A DNA stretch of 64,000 bases from Acidobacteriota bacterium (GTDB lineage Bacteria > Acidobacteriota > UBA6911): the NCBI GenBank assembly GCA_963664705.1, contig OY761556.1, positions 3,360,001-3,424,000 of the forward strand, in the 5' to 3' direction. Shown one piece after another: positions 11,481-21,500 of the stretch (within the stretch, counting starts at the first letter, position 1; the number at the start of each line of letters is the position of its first letter). Position numbers and translations under genes: made by a program. The notes under the pieces are model-generated. The model was not told the origin of the DNA, did no database searches, and saw only the letters and a program-made list of their open reading frames with translations.

Positions 11481-11642
11481 AACCGCGAAGACCTCGAAGA
11501 CCGCAAAGATTTTTTGCTCATTTTGCTGCTGGGCAATGTGTATGAAGTATCAAGGATGGAATCCAGCGTATGATCTGGCGAGAACGATAACCGCAAGACC
11601 TGCAAAAATATTTTCTTTGCGGTCTTCGAGGTCTTCGCGGTT
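11481..11642. mobile_element. MITE/REP-like element with 28-bp terminal inverted repeats (copy 1)
   Basis: AACCGCGAAGACCTCGAAGACCGCAAAG...CTTTGCGGTCTTCGAGGTCTTCGCGGTT, with an internal partial third arm AACCGCAAGACCTGCAAA. Confidence 0.7.
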
Positions 11643-11811
11643 AATGGGGCTACTATTTCGGTCAAGTCAGGTTGGAACCGCCCTCCAAAATCCAGGGTCA
11701 GGTCCTCATTGCGGTTGGCGGCCGGATAGGTAACGTCCCTCTGCATGATGCAATCCTCGTTTAATCCACGTTTTTGCAGCATTTAAATGGCCTTGGTTAG
11801 TTTTATATTTG

Positions 11812-11974
11812 AACCGCAAAGACCTCGAAGACCGCAAAGATTTTTTGGCTCATTTTGCTGCTGGGCAATGTGTATGAAGTATCAAGGATGGAATCCAGCG
11901 TATGATCTGGCGAGAACGATAACCGCAAGACCTGCAAAAATATTTTCTTTGCGGTCTTCGAGGTCTTCGCGGTT
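11812..11974. mobile_element. MITE/REP-like element (copy 2)
   Basis: Same as copy 1 with one mismatch in the left arm (AACCGCAAAG). Confidence 0.7.
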
Positions 11975-12159
11975 AATGGGGCTACTATTTCGGTCAAGTC
12001 AGGCTGGAACCGCCCTCCAAAATCCAGGGTCAGGTCCTCATTGCGGTTGGCGGCCGGATAGGTAACGTCCCTCTGCACGATGCAATCCTCGTTTAATCCA
12101 CGTTTTTGCAACATCGTCGCAAAATATGCGTATAAATTGATGTTGGAAGCTTGTGCGAA

Positions 12160-12189
12160 TTGAATAGAATTTTCATGCTGTGCTATGAT
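12160..12189 (+). promoter_or_regulatory. Putative sigma70 promoter for dacB-moaDE
   Basis: TTGAAT-18 nt-TATGAT with an extended -10 TGn. Confidence 0.45.
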
Positions 12190-12299
12190 AGCGCCGATGT
12201 TAATTGAATGAACGATTTCGGCCGATCAGGGAAACAGTCGATGTTCCGATTTCAGGCAGGGAGGATTTAGGGTTGTCAAAGCGTTCCCGCAAACTGACC

Positions 12300-13742
12300 A
12301 TGTTATTCGTTCTGGTCTGCTTCATTTGCCCGGTTCTTGGCTGGGCCGATCCGCTGGAAGCCATTCAGACCAAAATCTCTCAGTATCTGAAACGCCCCGG
12401 AGTTCGTTCCGCCTACTGGGGCATGCAAATCCTTGATCCATCCAATGGGAAGGTCCTTATCGAGGTAAACCCCGACAAGACTTTCCTGCCTGCATCCGTT
12501 CTCAAAGTCGTAACCACCTCTACCGCGCTTGAAAAACTGGGTCCTGACTTTAAATACAAAACGGGCGTGTATACAAATGGAGCCGTCGATCCGGATGGTA
12601 CGGTCAGCGGAGATCTGATACTGGTTGGCCGCGGGGATCCAAATCTGACCGATCCGTATGGGGAATTGCTCGAAAAACCAGTCTTTCGCGAATTTGCCGA
12701 GAAGTTGCAGAGCGCCGGAGTAAAGAGGATCAAGGGAGACGTCGTTGGGGACGACAGCTATTTCGACCTGAAAAGCTATGGCAAGGGCTGGACGTCGCGA
12801 GATCTCAAATCTCTGTACGGTGCTCCTATCAATGCGCTAAGCATCAATAACAATGTACTTTGGGTATATGCAAATCCGGGCAAGCGCAACAAGCTTGTCG
12901 GCATTGACGTTGAGCCGCGAACCTCCTATTTCCATATCCGAAACCTGGGCGTCACGGGCGGCAAAAAATCCAGACGCACGATCAACGTTCGCCTGATCCC
13001 CGGAACAAGAACTATTGTTGTTTCCGGAGTGCTGCCCGCCAACCAAACGTACGGCAATTATGTCCTTCTGGAAAGGCCGGCGGAAGTAGCGGCGACCATG
13101 CTGAAGGAAGAGCTGGAACGTCATGGAATTTCGGTGCGCGGCAATGTCTCGGCTCTGCACGAAGGAGAAGTCTCCGATGACGAGCGCGCAGGATGGAATC
13201 TGCTTGCGGAACACCAGTCCCCTCCGTTAATTCGTGCCCTGCAGATTATCAATAAGAGAAGCCAGAATCTGCATGCGGAAATGCTGCTTCGGACGCTGGG
13301 CGCGGAATTCAAAGGGAAAGGGACAAACGAGGACGGGCTTGAAGTGGTTCGGGAGTTTCTGGTGGATGCCGGCGTCGACAGCGAAAAGATCCGGCTGAAC
13401 GACGGATGTGGTCTTTCCAGGGAAAATTTCGTCACGCCTCGCTTCCAGACTTCCCTGCTTCAGTTTCTGTCAAAACGCCCCTATTTCGATTTATTCCTCG
13501 ACACACTGGCCATCAGCGGAACAGACGGCACGCTCAGAAACCGGCTTTCCGCCAATGAGGTCCGGGGCTCGATTCATGCCAAGACCGGAACACTGAACGG
13601 AGTCAACACACTGTCCGGATATATAACGACCAAATCCGGCCGGAATCTTGTTTTTAGTATTTTCGCCAATCACGTCAATGCGACAGCTCGTGTAAAGAAG
13701 ACCATTGACGAAATCTGCTCACTTTTTGTGAATCTCTACTGA
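12300..13742 (+). CDS. dacB: D-Ala-D-Ala carboxypeptidase/endopeptidase (PBP4, peptidase S13)
   Basis: PASVLK (SxxK), GRGDP, SQN (SxN), DGCGLSR and AKTGTL motifs; signal peptide. Start uncertain. Confidence 0.93.
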   Translation: MLFVLVCFICPVLGWADPLEAIQTKISQYLKRPGVRSAYWGMQILDPSNGKVLIEVNPDKTFLPASVLKVVTTSTALEKLGPDFKYKTGVYTNGAVDPDGTVSGDLILVGRGDPNLTDPYGELLEKPVFREFAEKLQSAGVKRIKGDVVGDDSYFDLKSYGKGWTSRDLKSLYGAPINALSINNNVLWVYANPGKRNKLVGIDVEPRTSYFHIRNLGVTGGKKSRRTINVRLIPGTRTIVVSGVLPANQTYGNYVLLERPAEVAATMLKEELERHGISVRGNVSALHEGEVSDDERAGWNLLAEHQSPPLIRALQIINKRSQNLHAEMLLRTLGAEFKGKGTNEDGLEVVREFLVDAGVDSEKIRLNDGCGLSRENFVTPRFQTSLLQFLSKRPYFDLFLDTLAISGTDGTLRNRLSANEVRGSIHAKTGTLNGVNTLSGYITTKSGRNLVFSIFANHVNATARVKKTIDEICSLFVNLY

Positions 13743-13987
13743 TGAGTATCCGGGTTCTTTTCTTTGCTTCTCTGGCCGACATCACAGGAATGAGGGAAAC
13801 GACCGCAGATGCGGCTGTGGTCACGGATGTTAATTCCGTCTTCAATCTGTTCGTCCAGAGGTTTCCCGCTCTCGAGAAACACCGCTCCTCTGTCATGATT
13901 GCACTCAATACCGAGTTTGCACGACCGGGATCTCCGGTTAAAGACGGGGATGAGCTTGCCTTTTTCCCGCCTGTCAGCGGAGGTTAA
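13742..13987 (+). CDS. moaD: Molybdopterin synthase sulfur carrier subunit
   Basis: VLFFASL...DGDELAFFPPVSGG with the C-terminal GG. Confidence 0.93.
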   Translation: MSIRVLFFASLADITGMRETTADAAVVTDVNSVFNLFVQRFPALEKHRSSVMIALNTEFARPGSPVKDGDELAFFPPVSGG

Positions 13988-13988
13988 A

Positions 13989-14399
13989 GTGTTCAGCCTT
14001 GTCCGAGATCTAATCGACATCCAAGCAGTTGTCGCAGCTCTTCAAAAACCGGAAGATGGGGCCGTAATCGTCTTCGATGGCGTGGTCAGAAACAATGCCC
14101 GGAATAAAGCCGTGCGGTTTCTCGAATATGACGCCTATGAATCGATGGCATTAAGAAAGATCGAGGAGATCGGCTCCCGTGCCAGAAGCGAATATGATAT
14201 TCGCGATATTGCCATCGTGCACCGTTTGGGACATATGGAAGTTGGCGAATGCAGCATTGTCATTGCGGTGGCCTCCGCTCACCGCGGCCCGGCGTTCGAT
14301 GCCTGCCGGTTTGCCATCGATACCATCAAGCAGATTGTTCCGATTTGGAAAAAAGAGTTTTACGAAGATGGCGAGGTCTGGATTGAAGGAGGCCATTAG
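13989..14399 (+). CDS. moaE: Molybdopterin synthase catalytic subunit
   Basis: FDGVVRN, LEYDAY, HRLG, SAHR and VPIWKKE motifs; GTG start. Confidence 0.94.
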   Translation: MFSLVRDLIDIQAVVAALQKPEDGAVIVFDGVVRNNARNKAVRFLEYDAYESMALRKIEEIGSRARSEYDIRDIAIVHRLGHMEVGECSIVIAVASAHRGPAFDACRFAIDTIKQIVPIWKKEFYEDGEVWIEGGH

Positions 14400-14401
14400 A
14401 A

Positions 14402-14471
14402 AATTACGAATTACGAATGACGAATTACGAATGACGAATTACGAATGACGAATTACGAATGACGAATTGCG
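14402..14471 (+). repeat. Heptamer tandem repeat (AATTACG/AATGACG)x10
   Basis: Ten consecutive 7-mers, mostly alternating, followed by an inverted AATTCGTCA at 14480. Confidence 0.92.
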
Positions 14472-14492
14472 GAATGGACAATTCGTCACTTG

Positions 14493-15092
14493 TTACAATT
14501 CGTGGCGGTGTTCAAGGGCCTTGGACATCGTAACCTCGTCTGCAAATTCAAGGTCAGATCCCACCGGCACGCCAAGTGCAATGCGGCTTACTTTCAGACC
14601 AATCGGCTTCAGAAGTTTGGCGATGTAGATCGCGGTGGCCTCTCCTTCCACATTCGGATTGGTTGCCAGAATAATCTCCTTCACATTTCCGTCACGCAAA
14701 CGTTCCAGGAGGTTCTTCAGCATCAGATGCTCGGGCCCCATGCCGTTTATGGGGGAAAGAACCCCGTGCAGGACATGATACTGTCCGTGATATTCGCGCG
14801 TTTTCTCGATCGCGAGAATATCGTTGGGCTCTTCAACCACGCAGATGATCTCGGCAGACCTTCCGGCGCTGCTGCAGAAATTGCAGGGGTCCCGATCAGA
14901 AAAATTGTTGCACCGGGAGCAGTAGCGGATTTTGTCCTTCACATCAAGAATAGCGCGGCTCAAGCGTTCGGCGTCTTCTCTCGGGCGGCGCAGCACGCTG
15001 TAGGCCAACCGCTGCGCGCTCTTGAGCCCCACGCCCGGCAGTTTGCGGAATTCATCGATCAGTCTTTCGATAGGCTCCGCGTAGTCGCTCAT
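14493..15092 (-). CDS. recR: Recombination mediator RecR
   Basis: LPGVG.KSAQR HhH, C4 zinc finger, [18 protein letters not shown] and GVPVGSDLE motifs. Confidence 0.97.
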   Translation of the reverse strand: MSDYAEPIERLIDEFRKLPGVGLKSAQRLAYSVLRRPREDAERLSRAILDVKDKIRYCSRCNNFSDRDPCNFCSSAGRSAEIICVVEEPNDILAIEKTREYHGQYHVLHGVLSPINGMGPEHLMLKNLLERLRDGNVKEIILATNPNVEGEATAIYIAKLLKPIGLKVSRIALGVPVGSDLEFADEVTMSKALEHRHEL

Positions 15093-16807
15093 GTATCTAT
15101 TTTTTCAGCCCTTACAGGACCGGGGAAGACGTCAAGAAAGGATCGGACAACCGGCTCTTTTTTAACCTTTTCCAGAAGGTTCTCTTCAGCAGGAGATGTT
15201 TTTACCTCAGGCTCGGGCCGTGGGGCGGCCTTTTTTTCCGGTTCTCCAATCTCCACTCTGACAGCGGTCCCCAATATTCTGGAAGCCGCCTGCGAAATGT
15301 CGGTCAGGTTGTCCCGAATCAACCGGCGGGCAAATTCGCTTGTCTTCCCCGGATCCAGAATGACGCGCGATCCCTCCGCACGGGCACCTGCAAATCCCAG
15401 GAGACAGGATTCGAGCGATCCTCTTTCAACGGCCGCCGCGATCCTTGGCAGGAGTTCTCCGGAGTCACCGGCATGGTCCGGCATGTTTGTCATCGCGGTT
15501 GCAGGTGCTTGAGGAGTCTCCGACTCCAGTCTTTCCGGCTTGGAAGGACCGGGTTGCGGCAACGAAACGGCAGGTCGGGACGGAGGCTCGGGCGCTCGAT
15601 TCGGAATTCGCGCACTCCCCGGGCCAGCCCCTCCCGGAGTGTTCCCGGCGGGCGGCCTCGGATCTCCGCCAGCGGCACCGGCAGAAAACTCGGAAATCAG
15701 TTCCTCAAGCGGACGAAGCTGCGCAATCTGAGCCAGCTCAATGAGTCCCATTTCCATCTGGAACCGGACCTGGGTCGCATACTTCATCCCGGTCTCAATT
15801 TTCTGAAAGGCATCAAAGAGCCGCAGCAGGTCTTCCTTTGAGAAAAGCTCCGCCTGCTCCCGCAATTCCGGAAGCGTGCTCTCCGGAATTCCCAGGAGTG
15901 CAGGATCCGCAATCCCGGCCTTCAGAACCATGAGATTGCGAAATTGTCCGGAAAGCCGCCGGCAGAAATTGGTAAGATCCTGCCCGGATTCAACAAGTTC
16001 TGCGACAACCCTCAGCAGAACCGGCAGATCGGTTGCAGCGATGGCACGAACGGTCTGACTGAGAACTCTTGGAGCCACCAGTCCGAGCAGTTTTGTGACA
16101 TCGTCATCCCCGACCTGGTTTCCGCTGAAAGCGATTACCTGGTCGAGAGCGGACATTGCATCCCGCATGCTGCCGCCGCTCGAAAAAACCACCTGTTCCA
16201 GGGCTCCATGGCTTATTTGAATCCCCTCCGTTTTGGATATTTCGTCCAGCCGCGACAGGATCAACGGATATGGAATAAGCTTGAAGCTATATTGCTGACA
16301 GCGGGAAAGTATCGTTGCAGGGATCTTGTGGTACTCCGTGGTCGCCATGATAAACGCAACGTGCGCCGGAGGTTCTTCCAGGGTCTTCAGCAACGCGGCA
16401 AATGCCGAATTGCTGAGCATGTGGACTTCATCAATGATAAAGATCTTATGCCGATCCCGTGCCGGGTTATACCTTGACTGCTCAATAAGTTGCCGGACAT
16501 CGTCTACGCTTGTTTTGGATGCGGCATCGATTTCGAGGACGTCAATGGAGTTGCCCGCGACTATCTCGGTACAGGCAGCACAATGCCCGCACGGTTCCCC
16601 CAGTTTCCCGCCATGGCAGTTCAGCGCCTTGGCAAGAATCCTGGCCATGGTGGTCTTTCCACATCCGCGCGGACCGGAAAACAGGAAAGCGTGAGCGACT
16701 CGTCCGCTCTGCAGGGCATTCAGCAGCGTTCGGGAAACGTGCTCCTGACCTACAACATCATGAAAATTCTGGGGACGCCATTTGCGAGCAAGAACTTGAT
16801 ATTGCAT
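15089..16807 (-). CDS. dnaX: DNA polymerase III subunit gamma/tau
   Basis: [31 protein letters not shown] and ILSRCQ motifs; Pro-rich linker; ATG at 16807. Confidence 0.96.
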   Translation of the reverse strand: MQYQVLARKWRPQNFHDVVGQEHVSRTLLNALQSGRVAHAFLFSGPRGCGKTTMARILAKALNCHGGKLGEPCGHCAACTEIVAGNSIDVLEIDAASKTSVDDVRQLIEQSRYNPARDRHKIFIIDEVHMLSNSAFAALLKTLEEPPAHVAFIMATTEYHKIPATILSRCQQYSFKLIPYPLILSRLDEISKTEGIQISHGALEQVVFSSGGSMRDAMSALDQVIAFSGNQVGDDDVTKLLGLVAPRVLSQTVRAIAATDLPVLLRVVAELVESGQDLTNFCRRLSGQFRNLMVLKAGIADPALLGIPESTLPELREQAELFSKEDLLRLFDAFQKIETGMKYATQVRFQMEMGLIELAQIAQLRPLEELISEFSAGAAGGDPRPPAGNTPGGAGPGSARIPNRAPEPPSRPAVSLPQPGPSKPERLESETPQAPATAMTNMPDHAGDSGELLPRIAAAVERGSLESCLLGFAGARAEGSRVILDPGKTSEFARRLIRDNLTDISQAASRILGTAVRVEIGEPEKKAAPRPEPEVKTSPAEENLLEKVKKEPVVRSFLDVFPGPVRAEKIDT

Positions 16808-16820
16808 AAGAAGATGGGCC

Positions 16821-16921
16821 GAGCCTCGGGGATCCTGTTGCACATATAGTTGACCTCTTAATGCTGCTTCCTTCCGGACCTGACATGGTTCGAGGGTTAT
16901 ATTGCACAGGGCCCGAGGCCC
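16821..16921 (-). ncRNA. ffs: Signal recognition particle RNA (4.5S, small type)
   Basis: The minus strand has the conserved TCAGGTCCGGAAGGAAGCAGC domain IV inside a long hairpin (GGGCCTCGGG...CCCGAGGCTC), in the usual position upstream of dnaX. Confidence 0.93.
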
Positions 16922-16949
16922 GTCACGGCTCTTTTTAGGCCGAACGCTC

Positions 16950-16978
16950 ATGTTACGGCATCCTCCCTGCGGACACAA
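16950..16978 (-). promoter_or_regulatory. Putative sigma70 promoter of ffs-dnaX-recR
   Basis: Minus strand TTGTGT-17 nt-TAACAT. Confidence 0.5.
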
Positions 16979-17176
16979 GCGCCTTTTAGCGGGTCAAGGG
17001 CAGTAAGTAGCGGCAGCGAGTAGGGGTAGGGAGCGAAGTGATCGCCCCGCACTGTCCATTACCCGCTGTCTACTGACACTGACTACGGACTGACACAGAA
17101 GCTATTGACGAGCGTATTATCATAGTGTCGCTTTGCGCATAAGGTATTTTTTTGCCTTTTAGTTGCTTACACGAAA

Positions 17177-18532
17177 ATGGTGATCATGAAGACATATACC
17201 AAAATGGCGATCCAGCGCCTAACCTGGCCAGCAATAGCTGCTTTTCTTGTCCTCGCTGTGGTATCTGCCGGTTGTGGAACCGGAAGTAATGGAAATACAA
17301 AGGGTGGCCCTCCGGGCAAGATGGGCAAAATGGGGGCTGGACGTGGACCTGCGGCACCGGTTCAGGTCCAGACGACCGAAGTCCGACGGATTTCAGTTCA
17401 ACGTGAAGTGGATCTCGCAGGTTCTCTGGTATCTCCGGACCAGGCAAAGGTTAGCAGTGAAGTTGCCGGTGTCGTTCGTCAGGTGCTTGTTGAACTCGGC
17501 AGCGAGGTAAAGGTCGGGCAGGTTGTTGCCAAAGTTGACCCGACGGAACTTGATTTGGCGCTTCAGCGAGCGAAAAGCCAGCTAAAACAGACCGAAGCGC
17601 AGCTTGGGATTGACGGAGTGCGGTTCAAAGAGCCGCCACCAGACGAGCAGGTATCCTCCGTCCGGCTGGCAACAGCCAACCGGGATGACGCGTTGGCTCA
17701 ACTGAGACGCGCACAGAGGCTCCGGGCTCAGAATCTACTGCCCCAGGCCGATCTCGACACTGCCGAAACGAAGGTAAAGGTGACCGAGGCCAATCTGCAG
17801 GCCGCTCTTGAAACTGTTCAAAGCCTGAAGGCAACGCTGCAGGAAAGACGCCACGCTGTGGAGCTTGCGGAAAAGAAGATGCGCGACACAGACATTCGCG
17901 CCTCGATCGCCGGCCAGGTTGCCGAAAAGCTGGTGCAGCAGGGTGAATTTATCCGCGAAAATACTGCCGTCGTTTCCATTGTTCAGATGAATCCGCTTAA
18001 AGTGAAAACGGCCATCCAGGAACGAAATGCGGGTTTGGTCCGAACCGGCCAGGCTGTGGAATTTGTGGTCGAGTCCTCCCCGGATCTGAAGTTTAAGGGC
18101 AAGGTTGCCTATGTCAGCCCTTCCGTGGATTTGGCTACCCGTACCTTCTCCGTTGAAGTTTTGGTCGACAACGGTGCCCGTCGGTTAAAACCGGGCTTTT
18201 TCGCCAAAGGGGTCATCTATACGAATCGCGACGAAAATGTCCTGGCTGTTACCGAAGAGGCCATTTCACGCCTAGCGGGCGTCTCCAATGTTTATGTAAT
18301 TGAGAATGGAGTGGCTCGTCAGCAATCGGTTACGCTGGGTACACGCGTGGGTGACGCGTTTGAAATCCTGGGCGGTCTAAAGGGGGACGAAACGCTTGCC
18401 TCCAGCAATCTGTCGTTGCTGGCAACCGGAGTGAAGGTAAAAACTTCACAAGCCTCAAATTTGCCGCCAAGCTATCCGGAATCTGCCCCGGGCAGAGGCC
18501 CTTCTGAAAGTAAGCGGGGAGGCCGGCCATGA
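17177..18532 (+). CDS. RND efflux periplasmic adaptor (MFP), probable lipoprotein
   Basis: Lipobox-like VSAGC, lipoyl-like G.V..V.V..G..V..GQ, coiled coil and LKPGFFA motif. Confidence 0.9.
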   Translation: MVIMKTYTKMAIQRLTWPAIAAFLVLAVVSAGCGTGSNGNTKGGPPGKMGKMGAGRGPAAPVQVQTTEVRRISVQREVDLAGSLVSPDQAKVSSEVAGVVRQVLVELGSEVKVGQVVAKVDPTELDLALQRAKSQLKQTEAQLGIDGVRFKEPPPDEQVSSVRLATANRDDALAQLRRAQRLRAQNLLPQADLDTAETKVKVTEANLQAALETVQSLKATLQERRHAVELAEKKMRDTDIRASIAGQVAEKLVQQGEFIRENTAVVSIVQMNPLKVKTAIQERNAGLVRTGQAVEFVVESSPDLKFKGKVAYVSPSVDLATRTFSVEVLVDNGARRLKPGFFAKGVIYTNRDENVLAVTEEAISRLAGVSNVYVIENGVARQQSVTLGTRVGDAFEILGGLKGDETLASSNLSLLATGVKVKTSQASNLPPSYPESAPGRGPSESKRGGRP

Positions 18533-21500
18533 AGCTTGCCGATGTCAGCATTAGGCGTCCCGTATTTGCTTTCATGATGTCTGCGGCCATTGTGGTCCTC
18601 GGGCTGGCTTCCTATAGCCAGCTCGGTCTCGACCTGATGCCGAAGACAGACATGCCCATGGTGTTTGTCCGGACAAGCTTGCCGGGGGCCAGCGCAGAAG
18701 AAATCGAAAGCCAGATCACAAAGCCGGTTGAAGAGGTCGTCAACACCATTGCCGGAATTGACGAATTGCGGTCAGGTTCCTCCCAAGGGAATTCGCAGGT
18801 AATGATCCAATTCACTCTTGAGCGCGATATCGAATCTGCGGTTCAGGATGTTCGCGACAAAGTGGCCACCATCGTCAATCAATTTCCCTTGGATACGCTT
18901 CCACCGGTGATCCAGAAAATGGACCCGGATGCGAACCCGATTTTGACGATCGCGGTTTCGGGCGACCGATCGCAAAAAGAAATCAGCCAGATCGTCGACA
19001 AAAACATCAAGCAGGTTCTTGAAACCGTAAAGAACGTGGGAGAAGTCACGTTCACCGGTGACAGGCCCAGGGAAATTCAACTGCTCCTGAATGAAGATCG
19101 CATGAATGCCTACAACCTAACGGTTGACCAGGTTCGCATGGCAGTCCAGCGGCAGAATGTGGAAATCCCCGGAGGAAGCTTCCTGTCGGGCCCCCAGGAA
19201 ATTGCATTGCGTACCATGGGGCGCATCCAGAACGTCGATGACTTCAACAAGATCATCATCGCCTACAAGGATGGATCGGTCATCACATTCAAAGATATCG
19301 GCCGCGTGCTCGACACTGTTCAGGAACCCAAGAGCGTTGCGCGGTTGGATGGACGCGATGCCGTGTCGCTGATGATCCGGAAACAATCCGGAACCAACAC
19401 GGTTGAAGTGGTGGATGATGTATTGACCCGCCTCAAGCGGATCGAGTCCACGCTTCCACCCGATATAAAGGTGCAAACCACGCGCGACCAGTCTACCTTC
19501 ATCCGCAAGTCCTTTGAAGAAATCCAGCACCACCTGATCTTTGGCGGATTACTGGCCAGCATCGTCGTACTTTTGTTCATGCGGAATTTCCGGTCCACAC
19601 TGATCGCAGCGGTCGCCATTCCTGTCTCCATTATCGGGACCTTCACGATCATGAAGGGGTTTAATTTCACCCTGAACAACATGACCATGCTTGCGCTATC
19701 TCTGGCAACGGGTATCGTGATCGACGATGCGATCGTGGTATTGGAAAACATATTCCGGTACGTCGAGGAAAAGAAGGTTCCACCGCGTGAAGCTGCTTCC
19801 AAAGCTACAAGCGAAATCGGGCTGGCGGTTATGGCCACGACACTGTCACTGGTTGTGATCTTCCTTCCGGTTGCATTCATGACGGGTCAGGTCGGCCAAT
19901 ATTTCTACAGCTTTGGCATCGTTTCGGCAGCGGCATTCCTGCTGTCCATGTTCGTTTCATTCACGCTGACTCCTGCGCTTTGCGGTCACTGGCTGAAAGC
20001 GAAGGATACCGCCCATAAAACATCCAAATCCCAGGGCTTCTACGCTGTCATCGACCGCTCCTACGGCAGAATGCTCAACTGGAGCCTGCATCATCGCTAC
20101 GTTATCGTCATGATTGCGGCAGCGGTGGTCCTGTCATCCTGGTTCCTCTTCGGCCGAATTGGTAAGGAACTCGTACCGGATGACGACCAATCCGAATACA
20201 GCATCAACATCCGCCTTCCGCGCGGGACCAACTTCCAGCGTACGGATCAATACATCCGGCCGATTGAGGAAGACATCCGTCGGATGCGCGAAGTGAAGAC
20301 GGTTTTTTCAAACGTCAATGCAGCATCTGCCAACATCTATGTCGGATTGACGCCACTGGACAGCCGGAAAGTTTCCCAGCAGACCCTGATGCGCGAAGCT
20401 CGCGTGTATCTCCGAAAATATCCGGGCGCAAGAATCAGCGTTTCCGGCGGCACGGATCTTTCGGGATCCTCCAGCGCGGGCGGCGGCCGGGGCGGCGGTA
20501 TGAACCGCGTCCAATACCTGATTCAGGGACCGGAAATCGAGCAACTCCAGTCTTACACAACTCAGTTGCTGGACAAGGTACGCACGATTCCAGGCATCGT
20601 GGATGCGGATACAAACTTCGAGCCGACGGCCCCGGAGCTTCGCGTGCACGTCAATCGTGCCCGCGCGGCGGACCTGGGCGTTTCGATCGACTCCCTGGCA
20701 TCCAATCTGCGGACGCTTGTCGGAGGATCGGAAGTCTCCAAGTATAGAGAAGGTGACGACCAGTTCTCCGTCATGCTGCGATTGGATGAGCAATTCCGCA
20801 ACGATCCGTCATCCATGGGAAATCTGCTTGTTCCCGGCACGGGTGGAAGACCGCTTAAGATAAGCGATGTTGCCCAGCTTACCCAGGAACCGGGACCCGC
20901 AGGAATTGACCGGTATAACCGACAGCGCCAGATTTCGATCAGCGGCAACCTCGATGGGATTCCGATGCAGGCGGGAAACGAGGCGGTTCAGCAAAAGATC
21001 GACGAGATGCGCTTGAAGCCCGGGTATACGGCGGTGGCCGGGTTCGGAGCCAGGATTCTCAGCCAGGCATCCAGTGATTTTGCAATGGCTGTGATTCTCG
21101 CGGTCATCTTCATCTACATGGTGCTGGCCTCTCAGTTCAACAGTTTCATCCATCCGCTCACAATCATGACCTCCATTCCATTGAGCGTCCCCTGCGGTCT
21201 GTTTGCGCTCATCATCTTTGGCATGACGGTGAATGTGTACAGCGCGATCGGGTTGATGATGCTGTTCGGGATCGTGAAAAAGAACTCGATTCTGCAGGTT
21301 GATTACACGAACACGCTTGTGGAACAAGGGCTGGAAAGGCATGACGCCATCATTCAGGCAAACCATGTCCGCCTTCGCCCCATTCTGATGACGACGATTG
21401 CAATCGTCGCCGGCATGCTTCCGATCGCTTTTGGACGCGGCTCCGGTTCCGGATCGCGCGCCTCCATGGCGGTAACAATCATCGGCGGCCAGGCGATCTG

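Larger units (their letters stand above)
11340..12110 (+). repeat. A-B-A-B-A tandem array, period ~332 bp. A is the ~110 bp panC 3' end plus downstream bases; B is a ~220 bp palindromic element
   Basis: TGGAACCGCCCTCCAAAATCCAGGGTCAGG...CCACGTTTTTGCA starts at 11341, 11673 and 12005. The copies differ by a few substitutions and indels. Confidence 0.95.

Noticed and set aside
11340-12110. CRISPR array
   Set aside because: Units are 110 and 220 bp, the would-be spacers are near-identical, and there are no cas genes.
11465-12114. ORFs of 65-105 aa within the repeat array
   Set aside because: They are by-products of the repeated DNA and have no protein-like motifs.
14490-15512. 340-aa plus-strand ORF
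   Set aside because: Antisense shadow of recR/dnaX.
16808-16978. N-terminal extension of dnaX in the ORF track (also the long extensions of tpiA, argG, wzt and GT2 genes)
   Set aside because: They overlap ffs or neighbouring genes; homology begins at downstream starts.
16922-17060. Large (Alu-containing) SRP RNA extension
   Set aside because: No recognisable Alu-domain motif, and a plausible promoter lies just upstream of the small SRP hairpin.
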